From assembly GCA_964016885.1 (NCBI GenBank), contig OZ024759.1:33046001-33110000 (forward strand): a stretch of 64,000 nt of DNA, read 5' to 3'. This stretch comes from Eledone cirrhosa. Its lineage: Eukaryota. A program made the translations under genes and the position numbers. Shown piece by piece: positions 1-13,260 of the stretch (its first letter is position 1; every line of letters begins with the position of its first letter). Under the pieces are notes generated by a model, which searched no databases, was not told the origin of the DNA, and saw only the letters and a list, made by a program, of their open reading frames with translations.

Positions 1-271
1 CTACCGATACTGTCAATTCACCGCCGTTAAATATAAATAATACAATATCACAGAGAGAGAGAGAGAGGGGCATTTTCTATATTTACATATATAAATTTAT
101 GCATGGATTGGTATTGCGTTGCCCCCCCCCCATCTAAACCTATGACAATGTAGTATTTTAGTTTCACCAAGTATTAATGTATAAATCATTAAAATCATAC
201 AATATGTATGATTACACATAACATATTCATATATAGACATATACATATATATAGACATATGCATATATATA

Positions 272-397
<126 letters not shown>

Positions 398-456
398 TAT
401 ACACGTTAGCCTAGAAGGTGGACGTTGAACGCCGATAATGTTGATAGTTGCATACT

Positions 457-507
<51 letters not shown>

Positions 508-1007
508 GTGAGTGTGTATATGCATGAGTGTGTATATAGGTGTGTGAGTGTGTATATAAGGATGTACATAAATTGATACAATGCCTATACATGTTGATAA
601 ATGGAAATATATGGTGATTTAAACACCCCGTCTCTCTTTTTATTTACTACACTGTGATAAGACAAGCAGACGATAAGATGTATTGAATACATTTATCTGA
701 ACTCTACATGTATTATATACACAGATCTATACACTGACACTAGGTCAATATATATGTGTACATCCGTATATACACACACACACATATATATATATATACA
801 CACACACATTATATATATACATATCTATACATATATATATATGCATGTATGTGTGCATATATAGATTTGATTTAGAATTGCACACATATCCGTACAAATA
901 TGCACACACACACACTTCTATAAATACATATATATATGCATACATATGTATTTATGTATGTATACATATATATGCATATATACATATATATTTACATATA
1001 TTCATAG

Positions 1008-1040
1008 CGTGGAAGATGGACGTTAAACGATGATGATGAT
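1008..1040 (+). mobile_element. Short retroelement 3' tail ending in (GAT)n; a diverged similar tail lies at about 412-445
   Basis: GGAAGATGGACGTTAAACGATGATGATGAT: tandem-repeat tail typical of RTE-mobilised elements. Confidence 0.5.
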
Positions 1041-1249
1041 ATATATGTGTATATATATATATAAACACACACACACACACATACGCACATACATATACTA
1101 TTTGTTACACTTATACACATAGATATATAGTACTTTTAAAACACATACGTTACATTACATACACTTTATATTACAATTTATCAAAAGTTGAAAAATGAAA
1201 AATTGAAATTCTCATCTCGTTAGCACTCATAATGTCGTTGTCGCTGCTT

Positions 1250-1290
<41 letters not shown>

Positions 1291-1450
1291 AAAAGAGATT
1301 TTCAAATTCTCCTTAATATAGCTTTTAGGATGAAATTTAAATTTCTCCAATATGTCATAACTTAAAATAATATTTAACATCAAATAAAGATGCGATACGA
1401 CACAATGATAAATTTAGTTTTAGATATGTAATCTATATAGTTTTGCAGTT

Positions 1451-2132
1451 ACTCCAAGTAGAGCTGCTACTTTTCCGAAATGAGAGATCACAGCTCCGAT
1501 ACTATGGACATGTGGTTAGAATGTCTCAGGAAATAATCACTGGAGTGTCACTCCAAGTAGAGCCACTACTTTTCCGAAATGAGAGATCACAGCTCCGATA
1601 CTATGGACATGTGGTTAGAATGTCTCAGGAAAGAATCACTGGAGTGTCACTCCAGGTAGAGCCACTACTTCTCTGGATAAAGAGATCACAGCTCAGATAC
1701 TACTAACATGTGGTTAGAATGTCTCAGGTAAGAATCACTGGAGTGTCACTCCAGGTAGAGCCACTACTTCTCTGGATAAAGAGATCACAGCTCAGATACT
1801 ACTAACATGTGGTTAGAATGTCTCAGGTAAGAATCACTGGAGTGTCACTCCAGGTAGAGCCACTACTTCTCTGGATAAAGAGATCACAGCTCAGATACTA
1901 CTAACATGTGGTTAGAATGTCTCAGGAAAGAATCACTGGAGTGTCACTCCAGGTAGAGCCACTACTTCTCTGGATAAAGAGATCACAGCTCAGATACTAC
2001 TAACATGTGGTTAGAATGTCTCAGGTAAGAATCACTGGAGTGTCACTCCAGGTAGAGCCACTACTTTTCTGGATTGAGAGATCACAGCTCATATACTATG
2101 GACATGTGGTTAGAATGTCTCAGGAAAGAATC
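1451..2132 (+). repeat. Tandem array, 7 units of 99 bp (33 codons)
   Basis: CACTGGAGTGTC recurs at 1538, 1637, 1736, 1835, 1934 and 2033 (period 99). Confidence 0.95.
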
Positions 2133-2345
2133 GCTGGACAGATTTTAAGGGCAAAACCAATCGTCAAGAGACCCAGGGGTAGACTCAAAGCAAGATGGTT
2201 GGATAACATCCATGAGCTTGGCTGATCACGCTTGGGAATCCAGCCAGATCAGTTGGAGACGGTTGCTTCTGATAGGAGCCGTTGGAAGGTGTGTTTAAGG
2301 ACTTTGCTCCCACGACCCTCTCTGGAATAAGTGGGCGAAAAAGAT
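1451..2345 (+). mobile_element. 5'-truncated RTE-clade LINE 3' fragment with internal 99-bp tandem amplification
   Basis: Translates as ...RSQLRYYGHVVRMSQERIAGQILRAKPIVKRPRGRLKARWLDNI, matching the RTE ORF C-terminal pattern GHVxRM...KRPRGRPxxRWxDxI; in-frame stops in the middle repeat units. Confidence 0.85.
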
Positions 2346-2647
2346 ATACAATATATATATTTTTGGATATATAATATATATAGTTTTGCATATATAATAT
2401 ATATAGTTTTGCATATATAATATATATAGTTTTGCATATATAATATATATAGTTTTGCATATATATATATATATATATATGCATTATTTCTATTTTTACA
2501 AGGATGTTCCCTTTGATAATAGTAGTCCCAATCATTTTGTCCTTAGCTCTACCGCCACAACACGACCCTGCAAAACATTGTTCTACATAGTCCTTGCATT
2601 TGGGGCTCTACTAATTACCTCAATTTCTATCTATATATCTATCTATC

Positions 2648-3598
2648 GCCTGGCACACCGAGTGTACCCAGGCGCTCACGGCTCTCTGGCAGGCGGACTC
2701 GGCAGTCAGTGGAGAATCCACTTCGTCATTCTATAGAGGGCTGGTGGTTAGCAGGTGCGACGACGCCCTCGGAGAAGCTCTAAGCATGGAGGAAAACGAA
2801 CTGGCCAACCTGTTCGGTAGGACATTCAGCCCGGGACATATGGATAACTTACAGAGGTCCCTGGCCTGGCAGTGCTACCGAGGGGCTCCGCCCGTTCGAG
2901 AAAGGCTCTACAGACATGAGCTCCCGGGTAGGGACCCCTCGAAAAAGATCTGTCCCAGATCCGTGTGCGACGAGGAAACCGTTGCACACGCATTGGTACA
3001 CTGCTCGGGCATTGCCGATCTGTGGGGCTATGTCGAACTACTGCTGTCACGGGTGGGACCGATCCGGTTGACCACCGAGTCTATTGTAACGATCAAGCCG
3101 CCTCCCCTCTTCAAAAACAAAGGAGAGGCGGTGTTTCTGTGCGTAATAGCCATGGTGAAATAGGTTGTATGGTGGACGCGTCTGAAAGGACTGAGGTCAG
3201 ACACCTTTCTCTCTGGCCATATCATTTCGGAAGAAGGATCAGGATGGAGAGAGAGGTGCTGCAACCCAGCCGTTTTTATGAAAGATGGGTGAAAGTGGGG
3301 AGAATGGCTCGTGTGAATGGGCCTTCACTCTACATCAGACTGAAAGATCAAGGGAGCACCCTCTCTCTGTGCTCCTAAGGAGAAGGGTTGCACACTTTTT
3401 TCGGGGGGGGGGGGGGGTGCGACCTCCCAAGGCGCCTCCTCCCTATTGAGGATTTTGTTATTCAATTTATTTTTGTTATATTTTATATTTTTATATCTTG
3501 TTATTGCCTCCTCCTTATTGATGACGCCTTTTTATGTAAACTCCCCCCATTGTACTTGTCCCACTCTTTGATGCCCTGGTGGCAAATAAAAAGAAAGT
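2648..3598 (+). mobile_element. 5'-truncated Tx1/L1-clade non-LTR retrotransposon (ORF2 C-terminus with CCHC/zf-RVT-like region plus 3' UTR)
   Basis: GC-rich island; ORF 2744-3163 has AWQCYRGAPPVRERLYRH...CPRSVCDEETVAHALVHC, continuing past a stop as ..WWTRLKG; AATAAA at 3585-3590; (TATC)n on both flanks. Confidence 0.85.
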
Positions 3599-3889
3599 TA
3601 TCTATCTATCTATCTATCTATATATATATTTATTACCAATATCCTGAGAAATGTTTTCAACAGGTCAACAGGTGTTAAAGGGGGTTGCTATCACCTTTTG
3701 TAAAGTCACAATGGTTTCAAGTTCTCAGCTATTTCCTTTCAACATTTCGCTGACATGAAAGTGCAAGGTCATTGGAATTGGTGTGACTTTAGCAATGAAA
3801 CAGCGCAACAGACCTGGGAATCCTTTTACAGGTTGTAACAATGGAAGAGCTGAGCTCCATCTGCTCTTTACTTTAGTTTATATTACATT

Positions 3890-4165
3890 TGCTGCTGTTG
3901 TTGTTGCTCTTGTTGTTGTTAGTGCTGTTGCTGTTGTTGTTGTTTCTGTTGCTATTGTTATTGTTGTTGTTGTTTTTGATCTTGTTGTTGCTTTTGTTAG
4001 TGTTGTTGTTACTGTTGTTGTTGTTGTTGGTGGTGTTGCTCTTGTTGTTGATACTGTTGCTGTTGTTGTTGTTGTTTCTGTTGTTTTTGATCTTGTTGTT
4101 GTTATTAGTGTTGTTGGTGTTGTTGCTGTTATTGTTACTGTTGCTACTGATGTAGTTACTATTAC
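3890..4165. repeat. Degenerate (GTT)n trinucleotide microsatellite
   Basis: Direct reading; explains the poly-V/L/N ORFs. Confidence 0.95.
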
Positions 4166-4547
4166 TTCTCAATGACAGAGAATAGAAAGATTTTAAAGAT
4201 ACACATCTATTGATAAAACTTGCAGAGCAATAAAACTACATTAAAAGCAGAACGGAGTGTATGTTGACCGGTGAAAATTTAATTGATATTTCTCACTTGA
4301 CACTAATACGATCTGAAGCAAGTTAATACACGGAGAAGACGAAAAGATAGGCTACCATCATCAGCTTATTGAACAGTTGTCCGTAACTGAACGTAGAAGT
4401 GAATAGCTAGCTCTAACAATCAATGTCTATCAGGATATCAGGGCATGATTTCTTACACACAGCAATTGTAACATGATATTTCAACGAGACTTCAATGATA
4501 TTCTAGCTGTATAAGAATGAATATATATATATATATCGTTTCTGAAT

Positions 4548-4590
<43 letters not shown>

Positions 4591-4615
4591 ATATCACATA
4601 TCACCACCAACGTTA

Positions 4616-4657
<42 letters not shown>

Positions 4658-4659
<2 letters not shown>

Positions 4660-4815
4660 TAACGTTGATAGTTTGTATAATTTTGTACATAGATCTTTTG
4701 AATATGCATACCAATCCTAACACATATATGTCCTAGAAACGATCGTAAAATAATGAACTTTTTTTGTTTAATATAAGGAACTGTTTCTTTGTTTTATTCA
4801 TTATTTTTTTAATAT
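4658..4815 (+). mobile_element. HHR-element family H, 5'-truncated copy (keeps GAAAC-GATC-GTA)
   Basis: Homologous to the reverse complement of about 14010-14150; CTAGAAACGATCGTAAAAT at 4733-4751; flanked by (TA)n. Confidence 0.65.
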
Positions 4816-4838
4816 TTTATATATATATATATATATAT

Positions 4839-4976
4839 CGGATAGGGTGTGGTAAAAACCAGCTAGTAACCCACGAGAATACTAGATACTGGGGGTAGTA
4901 GAGTGGGTAATATGAACAAATTCAGGACCCGACGGCTGTCGAAACGGCCGAAGTTCAGCTGTCGGATCCTGAATCT

Positions 4977-4980
<4 letters not shown>
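4839..4980 (-). mobile_element. HHR-element family A, diverged fold-back copy
   Basis: Shares GGGTAGTAGAGTGGGTAATATGAAC and CCGACGGC/GTCGAAACGGC with 14251-14503; (TA)n on both sides. Confidence 0.75.
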
Positions 4981-5011
<31 letters not shown>

Positions 5012-5015
<4 letters not shown>

Positions 5016-5315
5016 TACTTGGGGAGGGTCATATTTGTGTAATAATGTCAGAATTAATAACAGAACACACTCACTGTTTGGTTGGTTTTCGCTTCTGTGT
5101 CTTTTATATCAGTTAATTTAATTTATGCGGTCCTCAATGTTGCCATTGCAACATTGAGGACCGAGTAAATTAGATTACCGATATAAAAGACACAGAAGCG
5201 AAAACCAACCAAACAGTGAGTGTGTTCTGTTATTAATTCTGGCAATATTACACAAATATGACCCTCCCCAAGTATAACAATATTTGTTTCGACACACGAT
5301 TTCATATCGCAAAAC
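5012..5315. mobile_element. Family B fold-back palindrome (~130-bp arms, centre 5144-5147)
   Basis: GTTATACTTGGGGAGGGTCATATTTGTG...CACAAATATGACCCTCCCCAAGTATAAC; arms homologous to 28322-28440 and 50940-51058. Confidence 0.85.
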
Positions 5316-5349
5316 TATATATATATATATGCTCAAGAACAAAACGTAA

Positions 5350-5420
5350 AACTCAGTCGAGGAAGTAAACCCACAGCGGTATGGTTGTAAGTCCAACACC
5401 CTTACCACTAGGCCACACAC
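5350..5420 (-). mobile_element. Decayed tRNA-like SINE head
   Basis: Minus strand GTGGCCTAGTGGTAAGGGTGTTGGACTTACAACC...GTGGGTTTACTTCC: A-box-like and degenerate B-box-like motifs. Confidence 0.5.
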
Positions 5421-6470
5421 TTCCATATAGTTTTAAAATATAGGCACTAATTATGGCTGAGGGATGAACGAATATATAGAGAGAAGGCGCTCCGACTTGG
5501 TTATTTCAGGCTAACCAAGCATGGCTTTATGGTTGAAATCATAGATTAGTCGCTCACTGTGTTCACATGTCTATTTGTATTTCAGAACTCCTCACTAAGT
5601 TACAACTTACATCGCTACAACTTATATCCACATTAATGACGTATTATCTTTGTTGTCCCTGTACAGTCGTAAACTAAGATTCTAACTAGGAAACCGAATG
5701 AGTTATATAAATATGTATTAATATAGCTTCAGGTTAGCTATTTTCTGCGTAAGTATTACACACACACACACACATATATATATACATATACATAATATAA
5801 ATACATGTATTTATATATGCATGAATGCATAAGTATTACACACACACACAGATACATATAGATAATATAAATACATGTATATATGCATGCGTATCTACAT
5901 ACATACATGCATATATATATATATGCATACATAATATAAATGCACACACACACACATAGATAGATATATGCATATAACAAATAATTACCAGGCCCTTCCA
6001 GGAAAGTGTTGGAAAATCCAAAGTGAAGTTTCTGTCACTCATAAATCAAGAATACTGTCTGATTTCGTGGTAAACTTTTGGTATAACGATCGAACAGTTT
6101 TTGGCAGGTGCATTGAAAATGTGTAAAGGAATTGCAAAAAAATTGCAAAAAACTACACAAATCAAAGTAAGTTCTCGACCGGGTTGTTTTTAAATAAACT
6201 TAAGCAATTAATCAGTCAATAGAATTGTCTAATTGAAGTAACGAATTAATTGCTAGGCCCGGGATATTAATACAAGTATAATTTCAGCGAGATCCTATTT
6301 CGGCAGTGGCTAAAACAAAACGAAACGCAATCTTCGAGATATGCGGCAAGCGCTGAATGGACTAAGAAGAAACCAGAGCAATTAACAGGCGTTATAAAGG
6401 CCAAACAAAATGAAAACAGTGGTTGTCAACAGCCACGGGAGCCGAAAAAACGAACAAGCTAAACAGATAA

Positions 6471-6519
<49 letters not shown>

Positions 6520-6553
6520 CTCTCTATATATATATACATGAATATACATATAT

Positions 6554-6831
6554 GAGACTAAAATCCGAACAGGGCTCGATAAGGATTATGTATATATAGA
6601 AAAATAATATATATATATAAACCCGTAGTGCATATAAATATATATATATTTTAAAATGACAGATTAAAGTTTAAGCAAAGAATCGCTGCTTAAGGGTGAA
6701 ATCAGTGATTCTTTGCTTAAACTTTAATGTCATTTTAATAAATATTTGCTCTAGGGTTCTTATATATTTGATATATATTTATCCTTATCGAGCCCACTTT
6801 GGATTTTAATCTTCACATTTATTATCATTTC

Positions 6832-6832
<1 letters not shown>
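6554..6832. mobile_element. Family E fold-back palindrome
   Basis: ATTAAAGTTTAAGCAAAGAATC / GATTCTTTGCTTAAACTTTAAT and GGGCTCGATAAGGAT / ATCCTTATCGAGCCC arms; centre contains TAAGGGTGAAA; homologous to 15441-15525. Confidence 0.8.
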
Positions 6833-6863
<31 letters not shown>

Positions 6864-7020
6864 TATATATATATTATTCAGGTGAAGAAAGTTGGTTAAT
6901 CAAAATCTGCCGACGTTTTCATAAATAGCGAGAAACACACCGTAATTTAACGGCCGGAGTTTTAGTATAAATAGAGAGAGAAAGAAGACTGCAAGGGTTA
7001 ATGAAGAATAAAACTACGAA

Positions 7021-7610
7021 CTATCTCCTCTCTCTATATACCATTACATGCCTCACCCACTGTCAAAATTCACCCTCTCTTACTAACGCAACAAACTCTC
7101 TCACACTCTCTATATGACTCACTCTACATGCCTCATTTTCTTAATTCCCCCTCTCTCACTAAACAAGCAATCTCTCACCCTCTCTATATCCCAATACATG
7201 CCTCACTCTCTATCACTCTTACAATCCCCCCTCTCTCACAAAACTAATAAACTCTCTTACTCTCTCGTTATACCACGACAGGCCTCACTTTCTCTCAATT
7301 CCCCATCTCACTAAACCAACAAACTCTCTCCCCCTCTCTATATACCATTACGTTCCTCACTCTCTCTCAAAAACTCCCTCTCTCACTAAGCCAACAAACT
7401 CCCTCACCTCTCTATATACCACCAAATGCCTCACTCTCTCATTAAAGCAACAAACATTCTCACCCTCTCTATATACCACTACATGTCTCACTCTCCTTCT
7501 CTTTACCCCCTCTCACTAAACCAACAAACTCTCTCACCCTCTCTATATCCCATTAGATGCCTCACTCTCTCATTAAAACAACAAACTCTCCCACCCTCTC
7601 TATATCCCTA
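7021..7610 (+). repeat. Degenerate pyrimidine-rich minisatellite (units ~45-75 bp)
   Basis: Recurring CTCACTAAACCAACAAACTCTCTCACCCTCTCTATATCCCA(T)TACATGCCTCACTCTC, about 9 units. Confidence 0.85.
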
Positions 7611-7636
7611 CATATATAAACCTATATATATATATA

Positions 7637-7970
7637 GTACAACGTATCTCCAGACGGATAGAGTGGGTCCGTAGCTTTGGTTAGCGACTACTCTAGTGCT
7701 TGCAACACGAACAATTAGGGTGAGGGTATAAATGCCAGGTTGGTATCTGGCGCCGGGTAACCCACCACACGGAGGAGAAAGCACCTTCTTCAAGACTTGG
7801 CTGTCAAATTCTTTCACATGTGTGTTGTACTGGCGCCCACACACATTATTAGCTATTTGAAAAGATGATGGATTTCGCAACTAACTGCACCAGGGTTCCT
7901 GAATTCTGGAGCATGAGAGTGAGATCCGTCATCTCGGCAGTAGTCGACGAATGAATGATGAATGAATGAA
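7637..7970 (+). mobile_element. Short non-autonomous RTE-like element with (GAAT)n tail
   Basis: GC-richer island in (TA)n; ends GTCGACGAATGAATGATGAATGAATGAA; the 5' part (GTAGCTTTGGTTAGCGACTACTCTAG...GGGTAACCCACCAC) resembles RTE 5' regions from memory. Confidence 0.45.
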
Positions 7971-7983
7971 TATATATATATAT

Positions 7984-8190
7984 ATGGTGGCTGCCAACTC
8001 GTTTTCGAGTACGGCCACTACTTTATATCCATGTAGGAGAACCCCTACCGATGCGCTGAACAAGTGTGACTTTTTAGTCCAGCCAGCGACTTGAAAACTC
8101 TGGTACAAACACTACACCTGTGACAATTATTGACACATAGTGCTGGGCCCATGGTACCATGTGACGACAAATGCAGAGAGATCTCCAGAT
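7984..8190 (-). mobile_element. RTE-type LINE 3' end encoding terminal C2H2 finger (copy 1)
   Basis: Minus-strand translation [23 protein letters not shown]; near-identical copies at 12151-12357 and 19632-19805. Confidence 0.75.
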
Positions 8191-8519
8191 ATATATATAA
8201 ACCTATATACATAAACATATATGCATACATATATAGATATATGTATATACAGAAACTTAAACATACATACATACATAAATACACAGAGACACACACATAC
8301 ACACACATACATACACACACATACATACACACACAGACGTACTTGTAAGAACCAGTTTGTCCAATGTTTGTCTTATCTGTTCCATCTGTTACAACAACCA
8401 ACTGCCATGTTGTAGTTTTGCATTTATTTAATCATTAATTCACCATTTCCTTTTTGATTTCTTCATTCTTTCTAATGATTACTTAGATGTTACAAAAGCC
8501 ACAGCATCAGATGCAGTTA

Positions 8520-10300
<1,781 letters not shown>

Positions 10301-10597
10301 GTTGCTGATTTCCTTATTATAAATCCATTTTTACTTCTCCGTCTTTGAAACTATCATTTACAAATTTTTGGTGTTCTCATTATTACTTTGGTTTGTGGTT
10401 TGATTTAGTTTTAGTTTGGTTTTAGTTTTACTTTGGTTCAGGGTTTAGTTTGACTTATTGCGTGGCATTTATTATTCCTTCTTGTTCTCTTTCTTCTTTA
10501 AATCCTACACTAATTATTCTTAAGTTCGTTGGAAGATCTTTCGAAGAAAATATATATATAAATGTATAAATAAATGGCTGAAGGTATACATTATATA

Positions 10598-10638
<41 letters not shown>

Positions 10639-10651
10639 TATATATATATAT

Positions 10652-10711
<60 letters not shown>

Positions 10712-11034
10712 AAAACAAAAATATCAAATAAAATGAAAAATATAAAAATAAAACTATTTTCTTATTACATTTCGTTTCGTCTTTTTTCGTTCGTTTGTTT
10801 TCGGTGTTGCTCGTGGTGTTGGTGTTGTTGTTGTGTTCGTTTTGGTTTTTACTTGTGACAGGCTTGAGGCATTTTTCATTGGTTTCGAACTGCAAGGAAA
10901 CATTGGAAATACATCGATAAGTAATTACATTGAAATTTGTCAAGTAGTTATAGGTATTTTATTTATAGGAAGACGAAGACACCTTCCAGCATATGGGGAG
11001 GTAACTGATAGGAGAAAAAATGGGATGTATGTAG

Positions 11035-11590
11035 ATAGAGAGAGAGATAGGGAGTGGGAGAGAGATAAAGATAGGGAGAGATATAGGGAGAGAGATAGAG
11101 ATAGGGAGAGAGGGAGGGAGAGAGCAATGGGAGAGAGATGGGAGAGAGAGAAAGAGAGAGATGGGAGAGAAAGAGAGAAATGGGAGAGAAAGAGAGAGAT
11201 GGGAGAGAAAGAGAAAGAGAGAGTTGGGAGAGAGAGATGGGAGAGAAAGAGAGAGATGGGGAGAGAAAGAGAGAGATGGGAGAGAGAAAGAGAGAGATGG
11301 GAGAGAGAAAGAGAGAGATGGGAGAGAAAGAGAGAAATGGGAGAGAGAGAGAGAGAAAGAGAGAGATGGGAGAGAAAGAGAAAGAGAGAGTTGGGGGAGA
11401 GAGAGATGGGAGAGAAAGAGAGAGATGGGAGAGAGAAAGAGAGAGATGGGGAAGAGACGGAGAAAAAGGGGAGATGGCGAAAAGATAGAGATTGAAAGAC
11501 AGAGGGATGAGAGGAGAGGGAGATATAATGAGGGGGAGTGAGAGAGAGAGCAGATAGGAGAGAGTGGTGCAGAGAGAGAGAAGCTGTATG

Positions 11591-11652
<62 letters not shown>

Positions 11653-11794
11653 AGAAAAACAGATATAAAGACGCGGTGTGAGTGAGGTACAAACACAGAG
11701 AGAAATAGAATAAAGAGAGACATAGGGCGAAAGAGAGAGGGAGAGGAAATGTGAGATGGTGAGAGAGACCAGGAGAGAAAAATAAATAGAGGAC

Positions 11795-11838
<44 letters not shown>

Positions 11839-12005
11839 AGGAGAGAGAAAGAAATAGAGAACATGAGAGCGTGAGAAGTTCAGAGAGAGAGAGAGGGAGA
11901 GAGAGAGACGTGAGAGAGAGAGAGGGACGTGAGAGAGAGGGACGTGAGAGAGAGAGAGAGAGAGAGAGAGGGTCGTGAGCGAGAGAGATAGAGAGAGAGC
12001 GACGT
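11035..12005. repeat. Polypurine (GA)n-derived tract with GAGAGATGGGAGAGA(GA)AA sub-repeats
   Basis: Direct reading; explains the R/E-rich and S/L-rich ORFs. Confidence 0.95.
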
Positions 12006-12150
12006 GAGAAGATCAAAGACGAGGAGGTGAAAATAGAGAAGTATTGAATGAGGAGAAATGTGAATAGTAAGAAGAAAATAGACGGAGGGAAAAATTGATT
12101 AAATCTAGGATTGAGAGAAGATAGAGGCACGTATGTAAATATACATATAT

Positions 12151-12357
12151 ATGGTCGCTGTCAACTCGTTTTCGAGTACGGCCACTACTTTATATCCATG
12201 TAGGAGAACCCCTACCGATGCGCTGAACGAGTGTGATTTTTTAGTCCAGCCAGCGACTTGAAAACTTTGGTACAAACACTACACTTGTGACAATTATTGA
12301 CACATAGTGCTGGGCCCATGCTACCATGTGACGACAAGTGCAGAGAGATCTCCAGAT
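12151..12357 (-). mobile_element. RTE-type LINE 3' end encoding C2H2 finger (copy 2)
   Basis: Aligns end to end with 7984-8190. Confidence 0.75.
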
Positions 12358-12587
12358 ATAAAGCAATGCTTGTGCTGTGAAGCTTTTATAGTGAGCAAAG
12401 GCACTGCATATATATATATATATACTGTATGTGTATGTATGGGCATATGTGATAAATGGGTGGCAATGAATTCATATTCGTGCAACAAATATGTCGGGAG
12501 CGCCCTCTATAGGAATATAGAATTATGTAACATATATATATATATATATAATACGCGTTCTAGACGAGAAGCCGAAGCGCTGGCACA

Positions 12588-12637
<50 letters not shown>

Positions 12638-12667
12638 GGTGTATATATACATATATATATGTGTCTA

Positions 12668-12726
<59 letters not shown>

Positions 12727-13112
12727 AAAGTAAGCAGAAATAAAGCACAACAAAACGATACAAACACATATTAGTTTAACGTCTCGGACGCTACTACTTC
12801 ATCAGAAGACAAAATGAGAATTGAAAGAAATAGAAAATAGATGAGAAAGAAACGAACAAATAAATATGTATTTATATAAATATAATAGAAATACCGATTT
12901 GAAACATGTACAAGTAGATTATGATTCCTAGACCGTATTTTCATGTTTAGCTGTCTAATATATTTTAATTAACTCTCTCTTCATACATCAAAGATTATCA
13001 CGGCATTAACACTTATGTATAAAATAAGATGACACCATATTTATGTATGTATGTATACTTATATACACACACACATATATATTTATGTGTGTATATATAT
13101 ATATATATATAT

Positions 13113-13260
13113 AAAGAAAAAGAGATGAAATCGAAAATGCAACTGAAGTCTTATTTAAAAAAAAAAAAATATATATTTATTTGGTTCCTTTACCGGTTTC
13201 GCAGTTCTTCTGCTTTTCAAAAGGTGAGTTGAGATGGAGGGTCTGTGGTTTTTCTCACAT
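13113..13260 (-). mobile_element. HHR-element family G, copy 1
   Basis: Reverse complement of 23267-23410; (TA)n on both sides. Confidence 0.85.
13187..13224 (-). ncRNA. Minimal type I hammerhead ribozyme, U3-A8 core variant
   Basis: Minus strand CCTT-TTGAAAA-GCAG AAGAA CTGC-GAAAC CG GTA-AAGG; stems I and II pair perfectly and stem III is the palindrome ACCGGT. Confidence 0.7.

Noticed and set aside
1451-2132. Regular repeat array resembling CRISPR or a repeat protein
   Set aside because: The units are contiguous with no unique spacers, derive from LINE coding sequence, and four contain stops; the context is eukaryotic.
12776-12812. Minus-strand CTGATGAAG...CGAGACGTTA hammerhead-like trace
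   Set aside because: GAAA is mutated to GAGA and stem II does not pair; possibly a dead HHR but not supportable as a feature.
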